Source of the DNA: Candidatus Enterenecus stercoripullorum
GTDB lineage: Bacteria; Bacillota; Clostridia; Oscillospirales; Oscillospiraceae
Length of the DNA: 64,000 nucleotides
Direction of reading: 5' to 3'
Assembly (NCBI GenBank): GCA_018716015.1
Contig: DVKM01000036.1
Location: forward strand, 1,566-65,565
Positions 1 to 9,324 of the stretch are shown in pieces. How positions within the stretch are numbered: position 1 is the stretch's first letter; the number at the start of each line of letters is the position of its first letter. The translations under genes were made by a program, and so were the position numbers. Under the pieces are notes generated by a model. The model saw only the letters and a program-made list of their open reading frames with translations. It searched no databases and had not been told where the DNA came from.

Positions 1-57
1 GTCCCATCTATTGGACTTATGATCTTGTATACTTTAACTCGCACAGGAGGTGGTTGT

Positions 58-1044
58 ATGGCCCGCGGCCCCAATCAGAAGAAAAAGCTGCTCATTCTGA
101 CCAGGCTGCTGCTCACCAGCAGCGATGAAGAGCATCCGGTCTCCACCGCTCAGATCACGGCGGAGCTGGGCAAATGGGATATTCCCGCCGAGCGCAAGAG
201 CATCTATGACGACATGGAGCAGCTGCGGCAGCTGGGTCTGGACGTTCAGCTGCGCAAGGGAAAGCAGAGCGGCTGGTTCATCGGGGCGCGGGACTTCGAG
301 CTGGCGGAGCTGAAACTGCTGGTGGACGCGGTGGCCTCCAGCCGGTTTCTCACCCAGCGTAAGAGTGACAGCCTGATCCGCAAGCTGGAGTCCTTGGCCT
401 CCGTGCACCAGGCCAAGCAGCTTCAGCGCCAGGTCTATGTGGACCGGCGGGCAAAAACCATGAACGAACATATTTTTTACAACGTGGATAAGCTGCACAC
501 CGCCATCTCGGACAACAGGGTGGTCACCTTCCGCTACTTTGAATACGACCTGCACAAGCGGAAGGTCTTCCGCCGGGGCGGGGAGCGCTACCGGGTCACC
601 CCCTTTGGGCTGATCTGGGACAACGAGAACTACTACCTGGCCGGACAGGATGAGATCCGGCAGGATCTGCGCCACTATCGGGTGGACAAAATGAGTGATA
701 TCGTCATCACCGGCATTCCGGGCAGCGGACGGGGCGGCTGGGATCCCGAGGGCTATGCCCGCCGGCACTTCGGTATGTACTCCGGTCGGGAGTGCCGGCT
801 CACCCTGCGGTGCGCCGCGTCCCTGGCAGGGGTGGTGCTGGACCGGTTCGGGCAGGACACCATTCTCGTTCCCGACGGCGAACAGTTCTTCACCGTCACC
901 CTGGATCTGGTGGTCAGCCCCCCCTTCTGGGGCTGGCTGTTCGGCCTGGGGGACAGCGTGGAGGTGCTCTCCCCCCAGTGGGCCGCCCAGGAATTCCGAG
1001 GGCAGCTGGAGTCCCTTTTGTCTCTCTATCAAAAAGAGGAATAG
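58..1044 (+). CDS. WYL-domain transcriptional regulator (wHTH-WYL-WCX)
   Basis: GGAGG at 46-50 precedes ATG 58. N-terminal HTH (ERKSIYDDMEQL), WYL core (VTPFGLIWDNENYYL..YRVDKM) and WCX tail (FWGWLFGLG). Confidence 0.9.
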   Translation: MARGPNQKKKLLILTRLLLTSSDEEHPVSTAQITAELGKWDIPAERKSIYDDMEQLRQLGLDVQLRKGKQSGWFIGARDFELAELKLLVDAVASSRFLTQRKSDSLIRKLESLASVHQAKQLQRQVYVDRRAKTMNEHIFYNVDKLHTAISDNRVVTFRYFEYDLHKRKVFRRGGERYRVTPFGLIWDNENYYLAGQDEIRQDLRHYRVDKMSDIVITGIPGSGRGGWDPEGYARRHFGMYSGRECRLTLRCAASLAGVVLDRFGQDTILVPDGEQFFTVTLDLVVSPPFWGWLFGLGDSVEVLSPQWAAQEFRGQLESLLSLYQKEE

Positions 1045-1094
1045 CGCCTGTTTGTTCCGGGTATACTCTCTAAAAAAACAGGAGGTATGCCCAT

Positions 1095-1742
1095 ATGAAG
1101 GACCGGATGCGGCAGGGAAAGCAGATGTACGAGCTGGGCCTCCGGCTGGGCTCCCTGGGCGCGGTGGCCATCGGCAGCGCCGGAGGCTCCCTGGCCCGGG
1201 TGCTGGCCCGGGCCGCCGGCTGCGGTGCGGCCCTGGCCGGGGGCGATGTGCGGTTCCACGACGGGGGATGCGCCGCCTGCGCGGCCTGGCTGGGCCGGTA
1301 TTACCGCATGCCCGCCTCCCTGTTCCTACGCCAGCAGGGCGGCGAGATCACAATCTGGGTGCTGGACAGTCAGGGCCGGCTCTTTGAACCTCCCGCCCAG
1401 CCGGTCCCCCCCGCCCCCTGCACCGGGGAGTGGGACATGCTGGTGGGGGTGGAGCAAGCCTGGGCAGCCCAGCGCTGCGCCGGAATCCGCCGGTCCGGTA
1501 CGGTGTGTGTCCGGGGACCCCAGGGGCTCACTCTGGCCTTGGAGCGGATGGGCTATGTGGTGGTGGCACCCCGCCGGGGCGTGCCTTTGCTGCGCAGTGA
1601 TCGGGAGGGTTTTTCCCTCAGTGTGGAGCTGGACGGCGCCTCCTCCCGCCTGCTGGGGGAGGACGCCCTGGCCGCGGCAGCGTCCTGGCTGCCCCCAGCC
1701 AGTCAGATCCCCGCCTTTCACCAAAACGCCCGGCTGCTGTGA
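1095..1742 (+). CDS. Hypothetical protein resembling a degenerate phosphohexomutase (PMM/PGM) N-terminal domain
   Basis: AGGAGG RBS. The segment LGLRLGSLGAVAIG...ARAAGCGAALAGGDV...ASLFLRQ recalls PMM domain I, but there is no SHN phosphoserine motif. Confidence 0.5.
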   Translation: MKDRMRQGKQMYELGLRLGSLGAVAIGSAGGSLARVLARAAGCGAALAGGDVRFHDGGCAACAAWLGRYYRMPASLFLRQQGGEITIWVLDSQGRLFEPPAQPVPPAPCTGEWDMLVGVEQAWAAQRCAGIRRSGTVCVRGPQGLTLALERMGYVVVAPRRGVPLLRSDREGFSLSVELDGASSRLLGEDALAAAASWLPPASQIPAFHQNARLL

Positions 1743-1796
1743 CGGGGCAGGGGGTTCTGGCAGTTCAGCGCCCGCCCGGTTCTTCCCCGCTGCCGC

Positions 1797-1825
1797 TTGA
1801 CTTTCCCACCCAGTAAACTTACAAT
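1797..1825 (+). promoter_or_regulatory. Sigma-A-type promoter upstream of iscS
   Basis: TTGACT-N17-TACAAT. Confidence 0.7.
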
Positions 1826-1842
1826 ACAGGTAAACTGACGGA

Positions 1843-2100
1843 CCATCTCCGGCCGGGCGGCCGGAGATGGCAGACCGCCGGAAAAGGCTTTGCCCTTTCC
1901 GGCGGATCGGCTGCGGCCCGCCGCAGCGCACTCGCTGTCCAAAGACCCCAGACAGCTCGCACGTTTGCGGGCCGAGAAGTGTTTTCGTCCACGCGCATGT
2001 CGCGGCCGAAAACGGATTTTATTTGATTCGCGCCTGTGGGCGCGAACTCTGCGAGGCTTTTCGGACAAGCTCCCATCTTCGGCCAGGCGGCCGGAGATGC
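1843..2100. repeat. REP/MITE-like palindromic element flanked by duplicated hairpins
   Basis: CCATCTCCGGCCGGGCGGCCGGAGATGG (1843-1870) recurs as CCATCTTCGGCCAGGCGGCCGGAGATG (~2073-2099). The internal segment ~1934-2071 has imperfect inverted ends and internal palindromes. Confidence 0.6.
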
Positions 2101-2173
2101 TTTCCTTTTTCCATCTATTTTGCCCGCCGGCGGAGCTGACGCCTGCCCGGATGGGTGAACGCGAGGTGCTAAC

Positions 2174-3313
2174 GTGAATCCCTTGACCTATTTTGACTAC
2201 GCCGCCACCACCCCCCTGTATCCCCAGGCCCTGGAGGTCATGACCCAGGCCCTGGCTCACTTTGGCAACCCCTCTTCCCGGTATGCCTATGGCCGTCAAG
2301 CCGCCCAGGCCGTCAAGGCCCACCGGGAGACGGTGGCCCGGGCTTTAGGCTGTACCTCCGGCGAGGTGTACTTCACCTCCTGCGGCACGGAAGGGAACAA
2401 CTGGGCCATCCGGAAAGGGGTGGAGTTGGGCCGCCGCCGGGGCCGCCACATCATCACCACCGCCATGGAGCACGCCGCCGTGCTGGAGACCTGCCGGGAC
2501 TTAGAGCGCCAGGGGTATGAGGTGACCTACCTCACCCCCGACCGGGCGGGCCGGGTCAGCGTGGATCAGCTGCGCCGCGCCCTCCGGCCGGATACCGCCC
2601 TGGTGTCCATGATGCTGGTGAACAACGAGACCGGCGTGGTGCTCCCGGTAGCGGACTGCGTGAGCGCGGTGAAGGCCTTTGCCCCCGCCATCCTGTTTCA
2701 CTGCGACGCCGTCCAAGGCTTTTTGAAGCTGCCCGACTCCCCCGTCTCCACCGGGGCGGACCTCATCACCGTCAGCGGCCACAAGGTGGGCGGCCCCAAG
2801 GGGGTGGGCGCTCTGTACATCAAAAAGGGGGTGCGTCTGGCCCCCTTGCTCACCGGGGGCGGGCAGGAGGAGGGCCTGCGCTCGGGCACGGAGGCCACCG
2901 CCCAGATTGCCGGCTTTGCCGCCGCCTGTGCTGCTATGGGCTCGGACACCGACCGTCTCGTCCGGACCACTGCCATCAAGGAGTATACCCTGGCACAGCT
3001 GAAGCAGGCCATTCCAAACCTGGAGGTGATCTCCCCGGGGGACGCCCCCCACATCTGCGCCGTCACCCTGCCCGGCTACCCCAGCGAGGTGGTGGTCCGG
3101 GTGCTGGGCGACCAGGGGGTGTGCGTCTCCTCCGGCTCGGCCTGTCACAGGGGCAAGCCCAGCCATGTGTTCGCCGCCATGGGCCTGCCCAAGCCCTGGC
3201 TGTCCGGGGCCCTGCGGCTGTCCTTCTCTCCCAGCTCCACCCGGGAGGAGGCCCACCGGCTGGTGGAAGCGCTGCGACAGGCCATTGAAAGTGTCTTTCC
3301 CATCATGTTCTGA
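2174..3313 (+). CDS. iscS: Cysteine desulfurase (IscS/NifS family)
   Basis: YFDYAATTP, GNPSS, PLP-lysine motif SGHKVGGPKG and catalytic SSGSACH. Confidence 0.93.
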   Translation: MNPLTYFDYAATTPLYPQALEVMTQALAHFGNPSSRYAYGRQAAQAVKAHRETVARALGCTSGEVYFTSCGTEGNNWAIRKGVELGRRRGRHIITTAMEHAAVLETCRDLERQGYEVTYLTPDRAGRVSVDQLRRALRPDTALVSMMLVNNETGVVLPVADCVSAVKAFAPAILFHCDAVQGFLKLPDSPVSTGADLITVSGHKVGGPKGVGALYIKKGVRLAPLLTGGGQEEGLRSGTEATAQIAGFAAACAAMGSDTDRLVRTTAIKEYTLAQLKQAIPNLEVISPGDAPHICAVTLPGYPSEVVVRVLGDQGVCVSSGSACHRGKPSHVFAAMGLPKPWLSGALRLSFSPSSTREEAHRLVEALRQAIESVFPIMF

Positions 3314-3326
3314 TTTTTTAAAATAC

Positions 3327-3364
3327 TGCAAGTCCCCCGGCGCGTGGGCGCCGGGGGACTTGCA
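3327..3364. terminator. Hairpin terminator between convergent genes
   Basis: TGCAAGTCCCCCGGCGC-GTGG-GCGCCGGGGGACTTGCA perfect inverted repeat. Confidence 0.75.
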
Positions 3365-3402
3365 TGCTCATATAAGTTCCATATCCTTAAAATCTGAGAT
3401 AC

Positions 3403-3831
3403 TTACTCCGCTAAGCTGGCACCTAAGTCCCGGCATTGCGCTAGTCCATCCTCATCGGGGGCCTCATGGGCAATCAGTCCCTCCCCGCCTACCAGCAGGG
3501 CACCGGCCGCCTCGGTGCGGTCCCACCAGTCCCGCATCCATTGTCCATCTCCCCAGCCGTAAGAGCCGAACAGGGCCACCTGCCGGCCACCCAAGCTGCC
3601 CTCCAGCAGAGCAAAAAAGGGCTCAAACTCAGACTCCTCCAGTACCTCGACCCCCATGGCGGGACAGCCCAAGGCAATTGTATCGCAAGCAAGCACCTCC
3701 TCCGGGGTAGTTTCGCTCACCTGTCTGAGCAGCACCTCCGCCCCGGCCTCCCGGGCACCGTTAGCCACCGCTTCCGCCATGGCCGCAGTATTGCCGCCCA
3801 TGGACCAATAAACAACCGCTACTTTTTTCAT
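3403..3831 (-). CDS. Short-chain flavodoxin
   Basis: VVYWSMGGNTAAMA, GCPAMG and ALFGSYGWG motifs. GGAGG lies 9 nt upstream of the ATG at 3831. Confidence 0.93.
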   Translation of the reverse strand: MKKVAVVYWSMGGNTAAMAEAVANGAREAGAEVLLRQVSETTPEEVLACDTIALGCPAMGVEVLEESEFEPFFALLEGSLGGRQVALFGSYGWGDGQWMRDWWDRTEAAGALLVGGEGLIAHEAPDEDGLAQCRDLGASLAE

Positions 3832-3893
3832 ACTCATACGCCTCCGTTCGATGTGATAATCTGTCATCTCATGACGATGGAGCCGGCTGCGGC

Positions 3894-4454
3894 TCAGACC
3901 GCCGACAACATCTGGATCAGGGTGTTCCCCTCGTCCATGCCTTGGCAGAAATGCGCCCGGCAGTGATAAAACACCTGGAAGCGCCTGACCGCCTCCTCCA
4001 CTGGGCCATAGACCTTCCATAGCCCGGTAAATTTACAGTTCCGGCCGCCTTCCCGCCGAAAGCCCTCCACGTCCTCCGGAGGATATCCCAAAAACAGTCC
4101 GATCTCGTGGGGGAACTCCGGGGCCGCAAGCCTTCGCCCCAGCAACCGCAGCTGGGACTCCATGCCCTTTGGATAGCCGTCCCGTCCCAGCATATCTGCC
4201 ACCTCCGGTTGTTTCAGGCAGTCCCGCAACAACTCGGGCCGATAGATCAAAAGCAGGCAACGGCCGCAGCTCCGGTGCAGCACCCGCAGCCGGACTCCCC
4301 GCCCGGCCAGCAGGCGGGCATACCGCCGCAGCAACGCCCCGTCCCCAGCCTCACTCTCCCGCCAGGAAATGAGGTCCGCCGGCTTAACCCCGGCCAGAGC
4401 CGGGGCACAGTGGTAGGCTAAGGTACGCTCCAGCCGCCGCGCATGCTGATCCAT
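3894..4454 (-). CDS. DUF3793 family protein
   Basis: HCAPALAGVKPA, FPHEIGLFLGYP and WKVYG motifs. This family is a typical flavodoxin neighbour. Confidence 0.88.
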   Translation of the reverse strand: MDQHARRLERTLAYHCAPALAGVKPADLISWRESEAGDGALLRRYARLLAGRGVRLRVLHRSCGRCLLLIYRPELLRDCLKQPEVADMLGRDGYPKGMESQLRLLGRRLAAPEFPHEIGLFLGYPPEDVEGFRREGGRNCKFTGLWKVYGPVEEAVRRFQVFYHCRAHFCQGMDEGNTLIQMLSAV

Positions 4455-4473
4455 CTGTGATTCCTCCTTCTTT

Positions 4474-4541
4474 TGGTTAGTCATCGCTAACCATTCGGCA
4501 AAAAACAAACCCTTCAGCTCAATGGTTAGCTTTAACTAACC
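4474..4541. promoter_or_regulatory. Two DtxR/IdeR-like metal-repressor operators (GGTTAG-N6-CTAACC)
   Basis: TGGTTAGTCATCGCTAACCA (4474-4493) and GGTTAGCTTTAACTAACC (4524-4541) lie downstream of a minus-strand TTGACA-N17-TACCTT promoter (4578-4550). Confidence 0.7.
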
Positions 4542-4721
4542 TTATTGACAAGGTACCATGTCTTGCCGCCTTTGTCAAGAGGGAATTCATCCGAACTTTT
4601 CCCGGCGGCGGTACCTCTTGCAAAATCCCGGAAAAATGGTATACTATCGGTATACTATCATGGAAAACTCTGCTGGCCTGATACTCTGGCCGGGATACTA
4701 TTCAGAATTGAGGGAACGACT

Positions 4722-6116
<1,395 letters not shown>

Positions 6117-6173
6117 GGGCCTGTCTCTTCCACAGACACACGACAGGGCCTGCTTTGAAAGGAGATAGTGCCT

Positions 6174-6287
6174 ATGAACGGAATCGGCGCTCTCATTCTT
6201 TTCCTCGTGATTGCGTACGCAGTGATCAAACTTGCCGTTGACGGCGGCATTGCGCTTTCGGACAAATGGCAGAATAAAAAGCGCTGA
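6174..6287 (+). CDS. Unannotated 37-aa single-pass membrane peptide (type I toxin-like or small membrane protein)
   Basis: GAAAGGAG RBS. Translates as MNGIGALILFLVIAYAVIKLAVDGGIALSDKWQNKKR and is followed by a terminator. Confidence 0.6.
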   Translation: MNGIGALILFLVIAYAVIKLAVDGGIALSDKWQNKKR

Positions 6288-6319
6288 CCGCATGCCAGGC
6301 TGTACCCCAGGCCATAGTT

Positions 6320-6376
6320 TCTGGGTGGGCTGGAATTGCCTTTGTGAAGGCAGTTCTGGCCCGCCCAGATTTTTTA
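6320..6376 (+). terminator. Rho-independent terminator after asnS and the small ORF
   Basis: TCTGGGTGGGCTGGAATTGCCTT-TGTG-AAGGCAGTTCTGGCCCGCCCAGA followed by a T-run. Confidence 0.75.
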
Positions 6377-6384
6377 TTTTCCCC

Positions 6385-6426
6385 TTGACTTTTCTGCTCC
6401 GAATGGTACAATAAGCATAAGCTTAT
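6385..6426 (+). promoter_or_regulatory. psu operon promoter with overlapping palindromic operator
   Basis: TTGACT-N16-TACAAT with extended TG. ATAAGC-N4-GCTTAT at 6411-6426. Confidence 0.6.
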
Positions 6427-6456
6427 CTTGTAAAACTATATTTAGGAGGTCGTATC

Positions 6457-7545
6457 ATGACCCAGCGGGAGCGGCAGATCCTCCGGTGGATCGAGGAAAA
6501 CCCCATGATCTCCCAGCAGGAGCTGGCGGACCGGGCGGGCATCACCCGGTCCTCGGTGGCGGTGCACATCTCCAACCTGATGAAAAAGGGCTACATCCTG
6601 GGCAAGGGCTATGTGGTGCACACCGCCCCTTACGCGGTGGTGGTGGGCGGCGTCAACCTGGACATCGGAGGGTGGTCTCAGGATCCCCTCATTCCCCGGG
6701 ATTCCAATCCAGGCCGGGTACGGATGAGTCTGGGAGGCGTAGGCCGGAACATCGCCCACAACCTGTGCCTGCTGGGGGCCGACGTCCGGCTGCTCACCGC
6801 CTTCGGGGACGATATGTCCGCCCAGAAGCTGGCCGCCTCCTGCGGCGAGCTGGGCATCGACATCAGCCAGGCCCTGCAGGTCCCCGGGGCCGCCACCTCT
6901 ACCTATCTCTTTCTGGCGGGCCCCGACGGGGACATGGCGCTGGCCGTCAATGACATGGACATCTACCGCCACGTGACCCCGGCCTATCTGGCTGCCCGGT
7001 CCGCCCTGCTGGACAACGCCCAGCTCATTCTCGTGGACACCAATATCCCGGAGGAGTCCATCGCCTGGCTGTCCGCCAACGCCAAGGTCCCCATCTTCGC
7101 CGATCCGGTGTCCACCACCAAGGCTGCCAAGCTGAAGCGCTCCCTGGGCCGGCTCCACACCCTGAAGCCCAACCGCATGGAGGCGGAACTGCTCTCCGGG
7201 GTACCCATCACCGATGAGGACAGCCTTCACCGCTGCGCCGACGCCCTGCTGAATACCGGCCTGCGCCGGGTGTTCATCAGTCTGGGCGGGGACGGGATCT
7301 TTGCCGCCGACCACAACGGCCGCTGCCAGCTCCCCTGCCTGCCCGGCAAGATGGTCAACACCACCGGCTGCGGGGACGCGGCCATGGCCGCCGTAGCCTG
7401 GGCCTATCTCCAGGGGACCGACCTGGAGGGCACTGCCCAGGCCGCCCTGGCCGCCGGGGCCATCGCCATGGAGAGCGCCGAAACCATCAACCCCGCCATG
7501 AGCGAGAAAGCTCTGAAACAGCGCATGGCAGAAAAACCGGTCTGA
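6457..7545 (+). CDS. psuK: Pseudouridine kinase (N-terminal wHTH + PfkB)
   Basis: HTH SQQELADRAGITRSSVAVHISNL; PfkB motifs GGVGRNIA and NTTGCGDA; operonic with psuG. Confidence 0.85.
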   Translation: MTQRERQILRWIEENPMISQQELADRAGITRSSVAVHISNLMKKGYILGKGYVVHTAPYAVVVGGVNLDIGGWSQDPLIPRDSNPGRVRMSLGGVGRNIAHNLCLLGADVRLLTAFGDDMSAQKLAASCGELGIDISQALQVPGAATSTYLFLAGPDGDMALAVNDMDIYRHVTPAYLAARSALLDNAQLILVDTNIPEESIAWLSANAKVPIFADPVSTTKAAKLKRSLGRLHTLKPNRMEAELLSGVPITDEDSLHRCADALLNTGLRRVFISLGGDGIFAADHNGRCQLPCLPGKMVNTTGCGDAAMAAVAWAYLQGTDLEGTAQAALAAGAIAMESAETINPAMSEKALKQRMAEKPV

Positions 7546-7615
7546 ACCGTCTTTGCCCCAAAATTCAAACCTACCGTGCCCGTTCCGGCACAACTGCTTA
7601 AAGCGAGGTCTTTTC

Positions 7616-8140
7616 ATGCCCATCTCCTTTTGGCTGATCCAGCTCATCGGCCTGGCCGGCTCGATCCTTGCCATCACCGCCCTACAAAGCGGTAGCCGGG
7701 AAAAAATTCTGTCTCTCCAGGCCCTGTGCTGTGTGCTCTGGGTCGTCCACTATGCCCTGCTGGGGGCCTACACCGGGGTGCTCATCAACGTTTTGGGCCT
7801 GGGCCGGGCAGTGGTGTGTTCCTTGAATGACCGCCCCTGGGCGAGAAGCCCCCTGTGGCTGGCCTTCTTCCTGGCGTGCTACGCCGTGTCTCCCCTGCTG
7901 ACCTGGGACGGCCCCTACTGTCTGTTGCTGGGGGGCGCTATGATGCTCACCACGGTGGCCCTGTGGACGCACGACATGGGCCTGACCCGGCTGCTGTATC
8001 TGCTCAACTCCCCCCTGGTGCTGGTCTATAACCTGATCGCCCAGTCCTATTCCAGCGCCGTCATCGAGATATTCGCCTTCTGCTCCTTTCTCTTCGCCGT
8101 GTGGCGCTACGATATTTGCAAACAGCCCTGTAAATCCTGA
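7616..8140 (+). CDS. YgjV-family inner membrane protein
   Basis: Hydrophobic. QLIGLAG..., HYALLGAYTG and LVYNLIAQSY patterns are typical of YgjV. Confidence 0.75.
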   Translation: MPISFWLIQLIGLAGSILAITALQSGSREKILSLQALCCVLWVVHYALLGAYTGVLINVLGLGRAVVCSLNDRPWARSPLWLAFFLACYAVSPLLTWDGPYCLLLGGAMMLTTVALWTHDMGLTRLLYLLNSPLVLVYNLIAQSYSSAVIEIFAFCSFLFAVWRYDICKQPCKS

Positions 8141-8169
8141 ATTCAAATTCTAAACGGAGGTATTTTATC

Positions 8170-9078
8170 ATGAGTCCCTATCTGGAAATTTCCCCTGAAG
8201 TGCAGCAGGCTCTGGCTGAGCACAAGCCCGTGGTGGCCCTGGAGTCCACCATCATCTCCCACGGCATGCCCTATCCCCAGAACGTGGAGACGGCCCTGAA
8301 CGTGGAGAAGATCATCCGGGACAACGGCGCGGTGCCCGCCACCGTGGCCATCCTGGGGGGCAAACTGAAGCTGGGCCTCACCCACGAGGAAATCGAGTAT
8401 CTGGGCAAGAAGGGCCAGGACGTGATCAAAGCCAGCCGCCGGGATCTGGCGGTTCTGGTGGCCCGGGGGGAGGACGGGGCCACCACCGTGGCCACCACCA
8501 TGTTCATCGCCGCCCTGGCCGGGGTGGAGGTGTTCGCCACCGGCGGCATCGGCGGCGTCCACCGGGGCGCCGAGGTGACCATGGACATCTCCGCCGACCT
8601 GGAAGAGCTGGCCCGCACCCCCGTGATGGTGGTGTGCGCTGGGGCAAAATCCATTCTGGACCTGGGCCTGACCCTGGAATACCTGGAGACCAAGGGCGTG
8701 CCTGTGGTGGGCTACGGCACCAGCGAGCTGCCCGCCTTCTACACCTCCAAGAGCGGCTTCTCGGTGGACTACCGCATGGATACCCCTGAAGAAGTGGCCG
8801 CCGCTTTCCGGGCCAGCCGGGGGCTGAACCTGGGCGGTATGCTGGTCACCAACCCCATCCCCGACGAGTTTGCCATGGACCCGGACGTGATCAACAAGGC
8901 CATTGACGACGCCGTCGCCCAGGCCAAGGCTCAGGGTATCCACGGAAAGCAGACCACCCCCTTCCTGCTGGCCAAGGTCAAGGAGCTCACCGGCGGGGAC
9001 AGCCTGGACTCCAACATCCACCTGGTGTACAACAACGCCCGTCTGGCCGCGCAGATCGCTGTGTGCCTGGCCCGCTGA
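8170..9078 (+). CDS. psuG: Pseudouridine-5'-phosphate glycosidase
   Basis: VALESTIISHGMPYP, FATGGIGGVHRG, DISADL and TPFLL motifs. Confidence 0.95.
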   Translation: MSPYLEISPEVQQALAEHKPVVALESTIISHGMPYPQNVETALNVEKIIRDNGAVPATVAILGGKLKLGLTHEEIEYLGKKGQDVIKASRRDLAVLVARGEDGATTVATTMFIAALAGVEVFATGGIGGVHRGAEVTMDISADLEELARTPVMVVCAGAKSILDLGLTLEYLETKGVPVVGYGTSELPAFYTSKSGFSVDYRMDTPEEVAAAFRASRGLNLGGMLVTNPIPDEFAMDPDVINKAIDDAVAQAKAQGIHGKQTTPFLLAKVKELTGGDSLDSNIHLVYNNARLAAQIAVCLAR

Positions 9079-9097
9079 AGCCGCCCCCCACTTTGAC

Positions 9098-9137
9098 AAA
9101 AAAGCGCGCTATGGCCCTGTCATAGCGCGTTTTTTTG
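9098..9137 (+). terminator. Rho-independent terminator
   Basis: AAAAAGCGCGCTATG...CATAGCGCGTTTTTT. Confidence 0.75.
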
Positions 9138-9324
9138 CCAGCCGCCTGAAATTGTCCGGGCCGGGTTTGCCTTTTCCGGTTGCTTCCCCCTCCGATCTAT
9201 GTTACAATTATAACGATATTTGCCTATCGTATCCGTTTTCCCCTGTCCTTTGGCGGGCCGGCCAAACGCAGGCGGCCGTTCCATCCGCCCGCTGGAGGAC
9301 AGGACAGACAGAAAGGGGGCCCTT

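Noticed and set aside
58-1742. WYL-associated anti-phage defence island
   Set aside because: Downstream genes are housekeeping and no defence effector is visible. The left context is outside the window.
4615-4721. T-box leader before asnS
   Set aside because: The promoter (TTGCAA...TATACT) leaves only ~70 nt of leader, with no T-box GGTGGNACCGCG motif.
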